Counted from the stretch's first letter, positions 18,004 to 26,187 are shown. The stretch is 32,000 nucleotides of DNA from Bellilinea caldifistulae (GCF_001306055.1 NZ_LGHJ01000012.1:272539-304538); one strand, 5' to 3'. The notes: a model not told the origin generated them from the sequence alone. Numbers and translations are program-made.

Positions 18004-19461
18004 ATGAAGAGAAGCAGGGGGCTGATTTGCTGGGTAGCGCTGATGGTTCTGCTGGCAGGCGGCCTCAGCGCGTGTGCTTCTCATTCCGCGCCGGTCACCA
18101 TCCAGCAGCCCGGCACTTTTAGCGTTGACCCGCTGCTGCGCGAGTTTTATGCCTCGCTCGGCGGCGAAGAAATCCTCGGCCCGGCCATCACCGCCCTCTT
18201 TTCGCTGGACAATCTGCAATGCCAGTACACCCAAAACGTGTTAATGTGCTTCGACCCCCTGGCTCAGGGAATCCAGCGTTTCAGCCTGTATCCCCTGGGA
18301 CGAACTTTTGATTTGGGCGACTTTACCGATGCCAGCGGGATGACCGCCCCGGAAAATGAATATCCCATCTACGAAGAATTTACCGACCTCTATCAGCGCC
18401 TGTACGGTTCTCAGTACGTTGGTAAGCCGCTGACCCCGCCGCGTTTCAATCCCAACAAAAACCGCATTGAACAGTATTTCGAGAACGTCGGCTTCTACCG
18501 CAATCTGGACGATCCGCAGGGACAGGCTTACCTGCTTTCTTACGGCGTGTTTGCCTGTTCGGCAGATTGCCGTTTTTCGCCGCCTGCCAGCGCCATCGTG
18601 ATTCGCAATGTGGTGGAAATGGAACAACCCTTCCTGCCGCGGTTGGTGCGATTGGGAGGTGTCAAGGTCTTTGGCCTGCCGCTGACCCACGCCTATCTTA
18701 CAGCAGATGGCTTTCGTGAACAGGTTTACGAAAACGTCGTGCTTTACGCCCCGCCGGATAACCCCAACGCCGTCCGTCTGCGCCCGGCCGCTGTGCTGGT
18801 GGGCATGCCGGCCGGTCAACCGATGCCGCGCCGTTACAGCGAGGCTGATGGGGTTGTCTTCTATCCGGTAGAAGGGGAAAATGGCTTTCATGTACCGTTG
18901 GTCTTTGACCGATTCATCGCCTCGCATGGCGGGATGGAAATTTCGGGTGTCCCGCTGAGCGAACCCTATCGGATTGGCGATAACCTCTACCGCCAGTGCT
19001 TTGAAAATTACTGTCTGGATTACGATAACCGTCCCGGCACAACAGAACGGGTACGCATGACTGCCCTTGGACGGGAGTACTTGAAAATGAACGGCACGGC
19101 AGTGTCTCAGCCGGCTCCATTTGAAATTACCGCTGAGACGATCCGGCTGGTGATCAGCGCGGCTAAACCGCGTCTGACCGCCGAAGAACCCCAGCAGTTT
19201 GAAATGCTGTTACTACGGGAGAACGATCACCAGCCGTTAAGCTCGGTTGAGGCTACCCTCACACTGACTCTCCCGGATGGCAGGCAAGCCCTCTACTACC
19301 TGCCGCCCACCGATGCCCAGGGCCGGTCGGTGTTGCGGATTGCGCCGCTTCAACCGGCGCTTTCCAACGGTAGCGTGGTCGCTTTCCGGGTGTGTTTGAA
19401 CATTCCGGCCGAGCAGCCTATCTGCAAGGCCGATAGTTACCTGATCTGGAATTACCGCTGA
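18004..19461 (+). CDS. secreted lipoprotein with four LGFP-like repeats and a C-terminal beta-rich domain
   Basis: 485 aa. Signal peptide with lipobox (MKRSRGLICWVALMVLLAGGLSAC). Four ~55-aa internal repeats share GG-x4-G-x-P-[LI]-[TS]-x10-Q-x-[FY]-E-N-x2-[LF]-x-Y (aa ~45-98, 124-181, 209-266, 297-356). Confidence 0.75.
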   Translation: MKRSRGLICWVALMVLLAGGLSACASHSAPVTIQQPGTFSVDPLLREFYASLGGEEILGPAITALFSLDNLQCQYTQNVLMCFDPLAQGIQRFSLYPLGRTFDLGDFTDASGMTAPENEYPIYEEFTDLYQRLYGSQYVGKPLTPPRFNPNKNRIEQYFENVGFYRNLDDPQGQAYLLSYGVFACSADCRFSPPASAIVIRNVVEMEQPFLPRLVRLGGVKVFGLPLTHAYLTADGFREQVYENVVLYAPPDNPNAVRLRPAAVLVGMPAGQPMPRRYSEADGVVFYPVEGENGFHVPLVFDRFIASHGGMEISGVPLSEPYRIGDNLYRQCFENYCLDYDNRPGTTERVRMTALGREYLKMNGTAVSQPAPFEITAETIRLVISAAKPRLTAEEPQQFEMLLLRENDHQPLSSVEATLTLTLPDGRQALYYLPPTDAQGRSVLRIAPLQPALSNGSVVAFRVCLNIPAEQPICKADSYLIWNYR

Positions 19462-19529
19462 AGGGCCATCCAGTCTGAACGAAGGGCGCTTGTCCGTGTG
19501 GGGGCATCTCCCGAACCCCCTTGCAGGAG

Positions 19530-19631
19530 ACCGCCACGCCGCCTGACGGCGGCTCGCGGTGACGCGTTCCGGTTTACTTCATTCCGAGCGAAGCGACACT
19601 TTACAGTGCAGGGGAATCTCCTCCCCACTGT
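19530..19631. terminator. two GC-rich hairpins in the convergent spacer (possible bidirectional terminators or a REP-like element)
   Basis: Hairpin 1 (19530..19560): accgc-cac-gccgcc tgac ggcggc-tc-gcggt. Hairpin 2 (19603..19631): acagt-gca-gggga atctcc tcccc-actgt. They lie between the stops of convergent genes at 19461 and 19696. There are no strong U-tracts. Confidence 0.3.
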
Positions 19632-19695
19632 TTCCACTGCGGCTTTGGGGGAGACAGGATGACGCCGGGTTCATACCATCTCGAATGCAGCCGAA

Positions 19696-20673
19696 TTAAG
19701 GGACGCCTTCGGTCAGCAGCACCACCCGCGCGATAGGATCGGCGGCAGTGTACACCTGCATCTCGAAAGGCAGGTTTTGACCAGTCGCCAACGGCTGGCC
19801 CGATTCCCAACGGCGCACACCGACCACCCGCTCCTGATCGTCCAGCGCCACCGCGACTACAATCACCCCCGCAGCGCCGGCCTCCCCTTCTTCCCCGCCC
19901 AGACGCACAAGACCGCTGACACCGGCAGACAGCCCATCCGCTGAAATCCTGATTTCCTCCTGTATAATTTCGGTGTTCAGATAGCGCCGGCTTTCAGGCG
20001 GAATGGGCAGCGCGGTCAACAGTTCCAACCCGGCATCGAATTGAAGTGCCGCCGGTGGCGGAAAGAAGACCGCCACGGGTATCTGTCCGCCGGCCGGCAG
20101 GCGATTCAAGGGCGGAAAGGCGGTTTGGCTGAGAATTTCACCGGTTATTCGGTCGTACAGACGAAAAACCACCGAAATCCCTTCCACATCAAAAGGCTGA
20201 GGATTGTCAAGCATGGCAAAGCACCACACCCCGCCATCCCGTGTCGGGTAACAGTCCGGGCGCGGCAGGCTCAACCCCACAGGCGTAGGGGATGGCGGAT
20301 TGCGCGGGTCAAGCGTGGGGGTGGATTGCGCCGCCGGGACGATCAATTGGTCTCCGATCCGCAGCGCATAGGGATTCACGGTCGGGTTGGCGGTCAGTAA
20401 ATCCTGCAAGGCAATACCATAAAACAGGGCAATTCCAAACATGTCTTCGCCGCGCCGGATTGTGTGGAGGCGCGGGGTTGGCGTAACCGTAGGCAGAGGG
20501 GTCGGCGTATCCGCCGGCGTTAAAGAGGGGGTGGCCGCTGGCAGTGGCCCGGCGTAGGGGGTCAACGTGACCGCAGACACCGGACGCAAGGTGGGGGTAG
20601 GTATCACCGACGCGGATGGCTGACAGGCAGTCAGCAGCCAAACCGTCAAAACGCTCAGGAAAAGTTTTTTCAT
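19696..20673 (-). CDS. LysM-domain lipoprotein with Pro/Thr-rich linker and unknown C-terminal domain
   Basis: LysM segment HTIRRGEDMFGIALFYGIALQDLLTANPTVNPYALRIGDQLIVP. Lipoprotein signal MKKLFLSVLTVWLLTAC from ATG 20673. The track start at 20715 is a TTG. ATG 20682 is an alternative start. Confidence 0.82.
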   Translation of the reverse strand: MKKLFLSVLTVWLLTACQPSASVIPTPTLRPVSAVTLTPYAGPLPAATPSLTPADTPTPLPTVTPTPRLHTIRRGEDMFGIALFYGIALQDLLTANPTVNPYALRIGDQLIVPAAQSTPTLDPRNPPSPTPVGLSLPRPDCYPTRDGGVWCFAMLDNPQPFDVEGISVVFRLYDRITGEILSQTAFPPLNRLPAGGQIPVAVFFPPPAALQFDAGLELLTALPIPPESRRYLNTEIIQEEIRISADGLSAGVSGLVRLGGEEGEAGAAGVIVVAVALDDQERVVGVRRWESGQPLATGQNLPFEMQVYTAADPIARVVLLTEGVP

Positions 20674-20831
20674 GCAAGCCATTATAATCGCAATTCCTGG
20701 CTGTCTGCCGGGCAAGGGAATGGGGGGAGACCGCCCAATCCTTCACCACCAATCGGGTTAACCCAAAAATCTGTCTTGTTTATTGGGACAATAGCAGGAA
20801 AATAGAAATAATGTTCTACTTGGAGAAAATC

Positions 20832-21266
20832 ATGACGTGGATTATTTGCCTGATCGAGGAAAAAGTACAATTTTTGGCCCGGGACGAGCGGCGAGCCGAG
20901 GAACTTTCGGCCGAATTTCGCAGCGGGAAGGGATTTCCCGGCCGATTGACCGAGACCCTTCGCAATAAATCCAGCTGGCAGGCTTTACCGCTGGGGGAAG
21001 ATTTACTGCTGGTCGTTCCAATCAGCCAAAACAGCAGCGTCCCAAAGCCCTGCAACGACTGCCCCCCGCTGACACCCCGTCAGCAGATCATCCTGCAATT
21101 GTTGACCGAGGGTCTGACCGCCAAACAAATCGCCGTCCGAATGGGGCTTTCCCGCCGCACCGTCTTCCTGCATCTGGCTGCCATCCGCCAGCGTTTAGGG
21201 GTCAGTAGCACTTTACAGGCCGTCTGGAAGATGGGCGGACGGGAATGGAGAAGCCGAAAGGGCTAA
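20832..21266 (+). CDS. small LuxR/GerE-family HTH transcriptional regulator
   Basis: C-terminal LTPRQQIILQLLTEGLTAKQIAVRMGLSRRTVFLHLAAIRQRLGV is a GerE-type HTH. ATG 20832 has GGAG 6 nt upstream and is preferred over 20811. The ~85-aa N-terminal domain is unassigned. Confidence 0.82.
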   Translation: MTWIICLIEEKVQFLARDERRAEELSAEFRSGKGFPGRLTETLRNKSSWQALPLGEDLLLVVPISQNSSVPKPCNDCPPLTPRQQIILQLLTEGLTAKQIAVRMGLSRRTVFLHLAAIRQRLGVSSTLQAVWKMGGREWRSRKG

Positions 21267-21289
21267 ATCGTTGTTCCCTGGCCGTTTCT

Positions 21290-21298
21290 TGGTAGAAT
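21290..21298 (+). promoter_or_regulatory. extended -10 element (TGgTAGAAT) upstream of xseA
   Basis: cttggtagaat: TG at 21290..21291 and TAGAAT at 21293..21298, 35 nt before ATG 21333. Confidence 0.4.
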
Positions 21299-21332
21299 CA
21301 ACGTACAATCTGCTGCGTGAGATTGGAAGTCC

Positions 21333-22580
21333 ATGGAACAACCTCTCCCGTTTTTATTCCCGTCCATGAGCGTCAGCGAACTGACGCGCTACCTGCGTCA
21401 GCTGTTGGAAAGCGACGAGATTTTACAGGATGTTTGGGTCCGCGGAGAAGTTTCTAATCTTTCCCGCCCGACCTCCGGGCATGTCTATTTCACCCTCAAA
21501 GATCAAACAGCCGCATTGCGTTGTGTCATCTGGCGGATGAATGCCGCCCGCTTGCGCTTTGATCTCGGCAACGGGCAGGCTGTGGAAGCGCACGGCTACA
21601 TCAGCCTGTACGAGCGAGACGGGCAATACCAGTTATACGTGGATACCCTGCGCCCCGCCGGAGAAGGCTGGTTGTTTCAGGAGTTCATGCGCCTGAAAGC
21701 CCGCCTGGAGGCCGAAGGACTGTTCGATCCGGAGCGCAAACGTCCGTTACCGACTCACCCCCGGCGGATTGGGCTGGTCACTTCCCCGACCGGCGCGGCC
21801 TTGCAGGACATGCTCAACACACTGCGCCGCCGTTACCCGCTGGTGGAGGTGATTCTATCCCCGGCGGCCGTCCAGGGAGAAGAAGCCCCAGCCGCGCTGA
21901 TAGCCGCGCTCCAGCGGCTTTACCGCCTGCCGGGGCTGGATGCCATTCTGGTGGCACGCGGAGGAGGTTCGCTGGAAGACCTGTGGGCTTTTAACGATGA
22001 AGAAGTTGTGCGTACGATTGCCGCTTCCCCTGTGCCGGTGGTAACTGGCATTGGTCACGAAACCGACTTCACCCTCGCCGACTTCGCTGCCGACTTGCGC
22101 GCCCCCACCCCCACTGCCGCCGCCGAGATGATCACCCCGGATATTTACGACCTGCGGCTTGGGCTGACCGAACGCAGCAACCGGCTGAGAGGATCATTGC
22201 AAACCCAAATTCAGTCCGAACGCCGTCATCTGGATGAACGCGCCCGGAGGTTAAGGCTGCTTTCCCCACGCCGCTGGATTCAAAACGACCGCCAACGTCT
22301 GGACGCCCTGTTAGAACGAGCCGGACGCGCCCTGATGAACAGCATCTCCCTGCGCCGAACGCACCTCAACGGATGGCAGCATCGCCTGAATGCACTCAAC
22401 CCGTTGGCCGTGTTGCAGCGCGGTTATGCTGTGGTAATGGAGCGTAACGGTCAGGTTGCCCACAGCGTCCAGCAAATTCACCCGGGTGATGAACTGACCA
22501 TCCGGCTCAAAGACGGCCGGGTCGAAGCACTTGCCCGCCAGATTGTCCTCGATTCCCACGGAAGGAGAAGCCAGAGATGA
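21333..22580 (+). CDS. xseA: exodeoxyribonuclease VII large subunit
   Basis: 415 aa. OB-fold N-terminus SVSELTRYLRQLLESDEILQDVWVRGEVSNLSRPTSGHVYFTLKD. Also RIGLVTSPTGAALQD and GHETDFTLADFAADLRAPTPTAAAE. An alternative start exists at ATG 21366. Confidence 0.95.
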   Translation: MEQPLPFLFPSMSVSELTRYLRQLLESDEILQDVWVRGEVSNLSRPTSGHVYFTLKDQTAALRCVIWRMNAARLRFDLGNGQAVEAHGYISLYERDGQYQLYVDTLRPAGEGWLFQEFMRLKARLEAEGLFDPERKRPLPTHPRRIGLVTSPTGAALQDMLNTLRRRYPLVEVILSPAAVQGEEAPAALIAALQRLYRLPGLDAILVARGGGSLEDLWAFNDEEVVRTIAASPVPVVTGIGHETDFTLADFAADLRAPTPTAAAEMITPDIYDLRLGLTERSNRLRGSLQTQIQSERRHLDERARRLRLLSPRRWIQNDRQRLDALLERAGRALMNSISLRRTHLNGWQHRLNALNPLAVLQRGYAVVMERNGQVAHSVQQIHPGDELTIRLKDGRVEALARQIVLDSHGRRSQR

Positions 22581-22813
22581 GCGCTGAACCTGCCCCCGCC
22601 GAGCAGATGTCCTATGAACAGGCCTTTGCCGAACTGGAAATGATTATTCAACGGCTGGAAAACGAACAGCCCTCGCTCGAAGAAGCCCTGCAGTTGTACG
22701 AACGCGGACAGGCGCTGGTACAACGCTGTGCCGCCCTGCTGGATCAGGCCGAACTGCGTGTCCGGCAGTTGAGCGCGGTTGATTTCGAGGCAGAAGAGGA
22801 TTCAGAGGAATAA
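22577..22813 (+). CDS. xseB: exodeoxyribonuclease VII small subunit
   Basis: 78 aa. SYEQAFAELEMIIQRLENEQPSLEEALQLYERGQALVQRCAALLDQAELRV. ATGA overlap with xseA. Confidence 0.95.
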   Translation: MSAEPAPAEQMSYEQAFAELEMIIQRLENEQPSLEEALQLYERGQALVQRCAALLDQAELRVRQLSAVDFEAEEDSEE

Positions 22814-22815
22814 CC

Positions 22816-23277
22816 GTGGTGGAGGATCTGCTTAACAACCGGGTTTTTATCACCGCCATTTTGGCGTGGTTTCTCGGACAATTTCTCAAAGTGCCGATTG
22901 AGTACCTGACCAGGCGGCGCTGGAACTGGGCGCTATGGTTCAGTAGCGGCGGCATGCCCAGTTCCCACTCCTCGCTGATGGTAGCGACCACGCTTTCGAT
23001 TGGTTTATACTATGGCTTCGACTCGCCGGTATTTGCGCTGGCGTTTGCCGTTTCAATGATTGTGGTGTATGACGCCGCTGGCGTGCGCCGGCAGGCCGGT
23101 TACCACGCCCAAAAGATCAACCTGTTGTTTGAAGAATTGTTCAGCGGCCACCCCATCTCGCAGGAACGCTTGAAAGAGGTGCTCGGTCACACCCCCCGGC
23201 AGGTACTCGGCGGTATTGTGCTGGGCACCCTCATCGCCCTGGCAGTATATGGCCTGATGCCACCGAATACACCTTAA
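22816..23277 (+). CDS. divergent PAP2 / DUF212 (YuiD-like) membrane protein
   Basis: 153 aa. GTG start 3 nt after the xseB stop. GGMPSSHSSLMVA and VVYDAAGVRRQAGYHAQ are characteristic of the acid phosphatase/vanadium-haloperoxidase-related DUF212 family. Confidence 0.85.
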   Translation: MVEDLLNNRVFITAILAWFLGQFLKVPIEYLTRRRWNWALWFSSGGMPSSHSSLMVATTLSIGLYYGFDSPVFALAFAVSMIVVYDAAGVRRQAGYHAQKINLLFEELFSGHPISQERLKEVLGHTPRQVLGGIVLGTLIALAVYGLMPPNTP

Positions 23278-23330
23278 GAGGTGTACTTCATCCGCCTCAA
23301 AGGGGGACTTAATCCACTGGTAAATCGGAT

Positions 23331-23373
23331 AGAAATGTCGAGTATAATGGTACGGGTTTTCAGAGACATTTCT
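23331..23373. promoter_or_regulatory. 9-bp perfect inverted repeat bracketing a TATAAT box upstream of the desulfurase gene (operator candidate)
   Basis: AGAAATGTC (23331..23339) and GACATTTCT (23365..23373), separated by 25 nt that contain TATAAT (23343..23348). ATG at 23391. Confidence 0.35.
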
Positions 23374-23390
23374 TTAATGGCATTCAAGCG

Positions 23391-24602
23391 ATGAATATTG
23401 AAAAAATCAGACAGGATTTTCCGTTACTCAATTCGAAAAACGGCCACAAACCGATTGTTTACCTCGATAACGCCTGCCAGAGCCTGCGACCGCAGGCAGT
23501 GATTGAGGCAGTTCAGCGCTATTACGAACAAACCCCCGCCTGCGCCGGGCGTAGCATGCACCGCCTTGCGAACGAGGTCAGCCGGCAGGTGGATGAAGCC
23601 CGCCAGACGGTTGCCAAATTTCTGCACGCCAACCGCAAGGAAGAGATTATCTTCACCCGCAACACCACCGAGGCCATCAATCTGGTTGCCAACGCGCTGG
23701 ATTGGAAACCCGGCGATGTGGTGTTGCTGACCGACAAGGAGCACAATTCCAACCTGATTCCCTGGCAAATGCTGGCCAGACGCTTCGGCGTATGTCTCAA
23801 ATTTGTGCCATCCAACCCCGATAACACCTTCAATCTGTCGGCCTACCAGCAAGCCTTACAGGGCGGTGTTCGGCTGGTGGCAATGGGCTTTACCTCCAAT
23901 CTGGACGGCGTCAGCATCCCGGCCGAGGAGGTGGTACGGCTGGCGCACAAACACGGCGCCCAGGTTCTGCTGGATGCAGCCCAGACCGCCCCTCACCAGC
24001 GGCTTGATGTCCGCCGGTTGGACGCCGATTGGGTGGCTTTTTCAGGTCACAAGATGCTGGCACCTTCCGGGATTGGTGTGCTTTACGGCAAGTACCGTCT
24101 GCTGGAGGCGATGCAGCCCTTCCTGGTCGGCGGTGATACGGTGGCTTCTTCTACCTACGAAGACTGCCAGTTTCTGCCGCCCCCGGAGAAGTTCGAAGCC
24201 GGACTGCAAAATTACGCCGGTATCATCGGGCTGGCAGCTGCCATCCGCTACCTGCAGCAGATCGGGCTGGAGGCGATCGAGAAACATGAGATTGCCCTCA
24301 ACCAATACCTGAGCGAAGCCTTGAAAAGCGTGCCCGGTCTGCAAATCATTGGCCCTGCCGATGCGCGCCTGCGCGGCGGGATTGTCTCGTTCTTCATCCC
24401 CGGGGTGGATCATCACCGCATCGCCCTGATGCTCGATCAGATGGCGGGGATTGCCGTGCGTTCCGGGCAGCATTGCGTTCACTCGTGGTTCAACGCTCGC
24501 GACATCCCCGGCTCGGTGCGGGCTTCCTTGTATTTCTACAACACGCAGGAAGAAACCCGCCAGCTGGTGGATGCGTTGATCAAGATTCGCAAGGTGCTTT
24601 AA
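23391..24602 (+). CDS. class V aminotransferase-fold cysteine desulfurase (SufS/Csd-like)
   Basis: 403 aa. PLP-lysine context WVAFSGHKMLAPSGIGVLYG. Active-site loop VRSGQHCVHSW, as in group II desulfurases. No sufBCD or iscU is adjacent. Confidence 0.88.
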   Translation: MNIEKIRQDFPLLNSKNGHKPIVYLDNACQSLRPQAVIEAVQRYYEQTPACAGRSMHRLANEVSRQVDEARQTVAKFLHANRKEEIIFTRNTTEAINLVANALDWKPGDVVLLTDKEHNSNLIPWQMLARRFGVCLKFVPSNPDNTFNLSAYQQALQGGVRLVAMGFTSNLDGVSIPAEEVVRLAHKHGAQVLLDAAQTAPHQRLDVRRLDADWVAFSGHKMLAPSGIGVLYGKYRLLEAMQPFLVGGDTVASSTYEDCQFLPPPEKFEAGLQNYAGIIGLAAAIRYLQQIGLEAIEKHEIALNQYLSEALKSVPGLQIIGPADARLRGGIVSFFIPGVDHHRIALMLDQMAGIAVRSGQHCVHSWFNARDIPGSVRASLYFYNTQEETRQLVDALIKIRKVL

Positions 24603-24604
24603 TC

Positions 24605-25543
24605 ATGTTTTGCGTCGTTTCTTTCATCGTCCTTTCCATCCTGAGTGTGTTCAGCGCCGAAAATCGTTCACTGGCGCGCGAAGCGTTGGATTGTGTCCTG
24701 CGTCGGGTGACCCTGAGACCCTGCAACACTGGCTTTGACGAAAAGATGAAAGCCAAAATCCTCGGCTTTGTCATCACCAAAACCGAAACCGGCGCCCGCA
24801 TTCTCAACCGCTTCTTTGAACCGCTCTCGTGGATGTTCATCCTCTTGTTTTTGGGCAGCGCCTTTTTTGCAGTGCGCGGGGTCTATCTTTTCTACGTTAC
24901 CGGTTCCTGCAACGGATTGAACCAGAGCGGCTTTTGCGTATTTGACCCGACCGGGCAGTCCAATCAGATTTCCAATGTGGGCGAAAGTTGTCCGGTAGTC
25001 CTGCCGGGTGAAGATCCAGTTTCGCTCAAAGGTGTCAACCTGAGCGGCTTCCCGGTTCTAAACGGCGATTCGCAAAAGCGTATCGTCTTCATCGGCTCGT
25101 ATGGCTGCGAGTATTCCCGCAAGGCGTATCCGGTGGTGCGACAACTGGCCGAAAAGAGCGGAGCCAGTTTCACCTTCCTTTACTACCCGGTCAAAGAAAG
25201 CAGCGATCTTCTGGCAAAAATCGGCTACTGCGCCTACCGCCAGGACGCGCAAAAATACTGGTCGCTGGTGGATAGCTTCTTCACCGCCGAGCGCAGTCAA
25301 ATCGAAGATGAGGCGTTCATCCGCCAGACTTTGACCGAAGCAGGCTACAACCCGGAGACGATTGCCTTTTGCGCCAACGACCCGCAAACCGAGTGGGCGG
25401 TCAAAAAACAGCTTGCCGAGGTGGTCAAAACCGGCTTCTTCGGAACACCCACCGTCTTCATCCAAAACGAGGTCCTGATTGGCCCGAAACCGCCGCGAGT
25501 CTACGCGATTGCACTGGACGGCCTGCTGTACTGGGCGCGCTGA
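24605..25543 (+). CDS. membrane-anchored DsbA-like thioredoxin-fold protein with CxxS site
   Basis: Realistic start at ATG 24605, 2 nt after the desulfurase TAA; the track ORF from 24473 overlaps the upstream gene. Two TM helices flank a basic loop with C30/C40. The C-terminal DsbA-type domain has IVFIGSYGCEYSRKAYP (CEYS at 25106..25117) and the cis-Pro region FFGTPTVFI. Confidence 0.75.
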   Translation: MFCVVSFIVLSILSVFSAENRSLAREALDCVLRRVTLRPCNTGFDEKMKAKILGFVITKTETGARILNRFFEPLSWMFILLFLGSAFFAVRGVYLFYVTGSCNGLNQSGFCVFDPTGQSNQISNVGESCPVVLPGEDPVSLKGVNLSGFPVLNGDSQKRIVFIGSYGCEYSRKAYPVVRQLAEKSGASFTFLYYPVKESSDLLAKIGYCAYRQDAQKYWSLVDSFFTAERSQIEDEAFIRQTLTEAGYNPETIAFCANDPQTEWAVKKQLAEVVKTGFFGTPTVFIQNEVLIGPKPPRVYAIALDGLLYWAR

Positions 25544-25659
25544 TAAAATATTGATGTACACAAACGATTTTCTAATGTAAAATTAACGAAACAGGCTTAC
25601 AATAAGAGGTCGTTGTTCAAGTTGCAAAGTGCAAGTTGTTTTATGAGGGAGTAAGTCGT

Positions 25660-25965
25660 ATGCCGGTCTATACCTATCGGTGTGAAAATTGTGGAGTTCA
25701 ATTCGAACGCAATCAAAAGTTCAGTGAGCCGCCTCTGGCATGGTGCCCGGAATGCGGCAAGAAATCATTGCGGAAAGTTTACACCCCGGTGGGCATTGTC
25801 TTCAAAGGCTCCGGGTTCTACGCCACCGATCATCGCTCGCCATCCGGACAGGGGCGCACTTCCTCCAACGGCCACGGCGAAAGCAAATCCTCCGGCGAAT
25901 CGAGTGCCTCCTCAACTTCTTCAGAGAAGAGCGATACTTCCACCGGCTCAACCACAACCTCGTAA
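25660..25965 (+). CDS. FmdB-family zinc-ribbon protein (CxxC...CxxC) with Ser/Thr-rich tail
   Basis: MPVYTYRCENCGVQFERNQKFSEPPLAWCPECGKKSLRKVYTPVGIVFKGSGFYATD is the canonical FmdB/CxxC_CxxC_SSSS pattern. GAGGGAG Shine-Dalgarno ~8 nt upstream of ATG 25660. Confidence 0.9.
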   Translation: MPVYTYRCENCGVQFERNQKFSEPPLAWCPECGKKSLRKVYTPVGIVFKGSGFYATDHRSPSGQGRTSSNGHGESKSSGESSASSTSSEKSDTSTGSTTTS

Positions 25966-26005
25966 CAGGGCAGGCATTGCCTTTGGGGCGGGGGCGTCCT
26001 GATTT

Positions 26006-26034
26006 GCCCGGATATTTCCGGGCTTTTTGTTTTA
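26006..26034 (+). terminator. rho-independent terminator after the FmdB-family gene
   Basis: GCCCGGA (26006..26012), loop tatt, TCCGGGC (26017..26023), followed by TTTTTGTTTTA. Confidence 0.8.
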
Positions 26035-26134
26035 TTATCGTGAGAGACTTTGATACCCCGGTGATAGTTTTTGGCAGAACCATTCCCCTACCATAAGCAC
26101 GACCCATCTGATGGGGAGGGAATGCACGATTGCC

Positions 26135-26163
26135 TTGCAGGAAATGCCCAAAACCGTTACAAT
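26135..26163 (+). promoter_or_regulatory. sigma70-type promoter (TTGCAG-N17-TACAAT) for the 46-aa mini-protein gene
   Basis: TTGCAG at 26135..26140 and TACAAT at 26158..26163, with exact 17-nt spacing. It lies 25 nt upstream of ATG 26188. Confidence 0.6.
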
Positions 26164-26187
26164 GAGGACGGTTTGTGGAGGAAACGT

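Noticed and set aside
24473-24604. Upstream extension of the DsbA-like ORF, and the 26071..26187 extension of the mini-protein ORF
   Set aside because: The first overlaps the 3' end of the desulfurase gene in another frame. The second would start upstream of the gene's own promoter and terminator-flanked spacer. In both cases a downstream ATG has better context.
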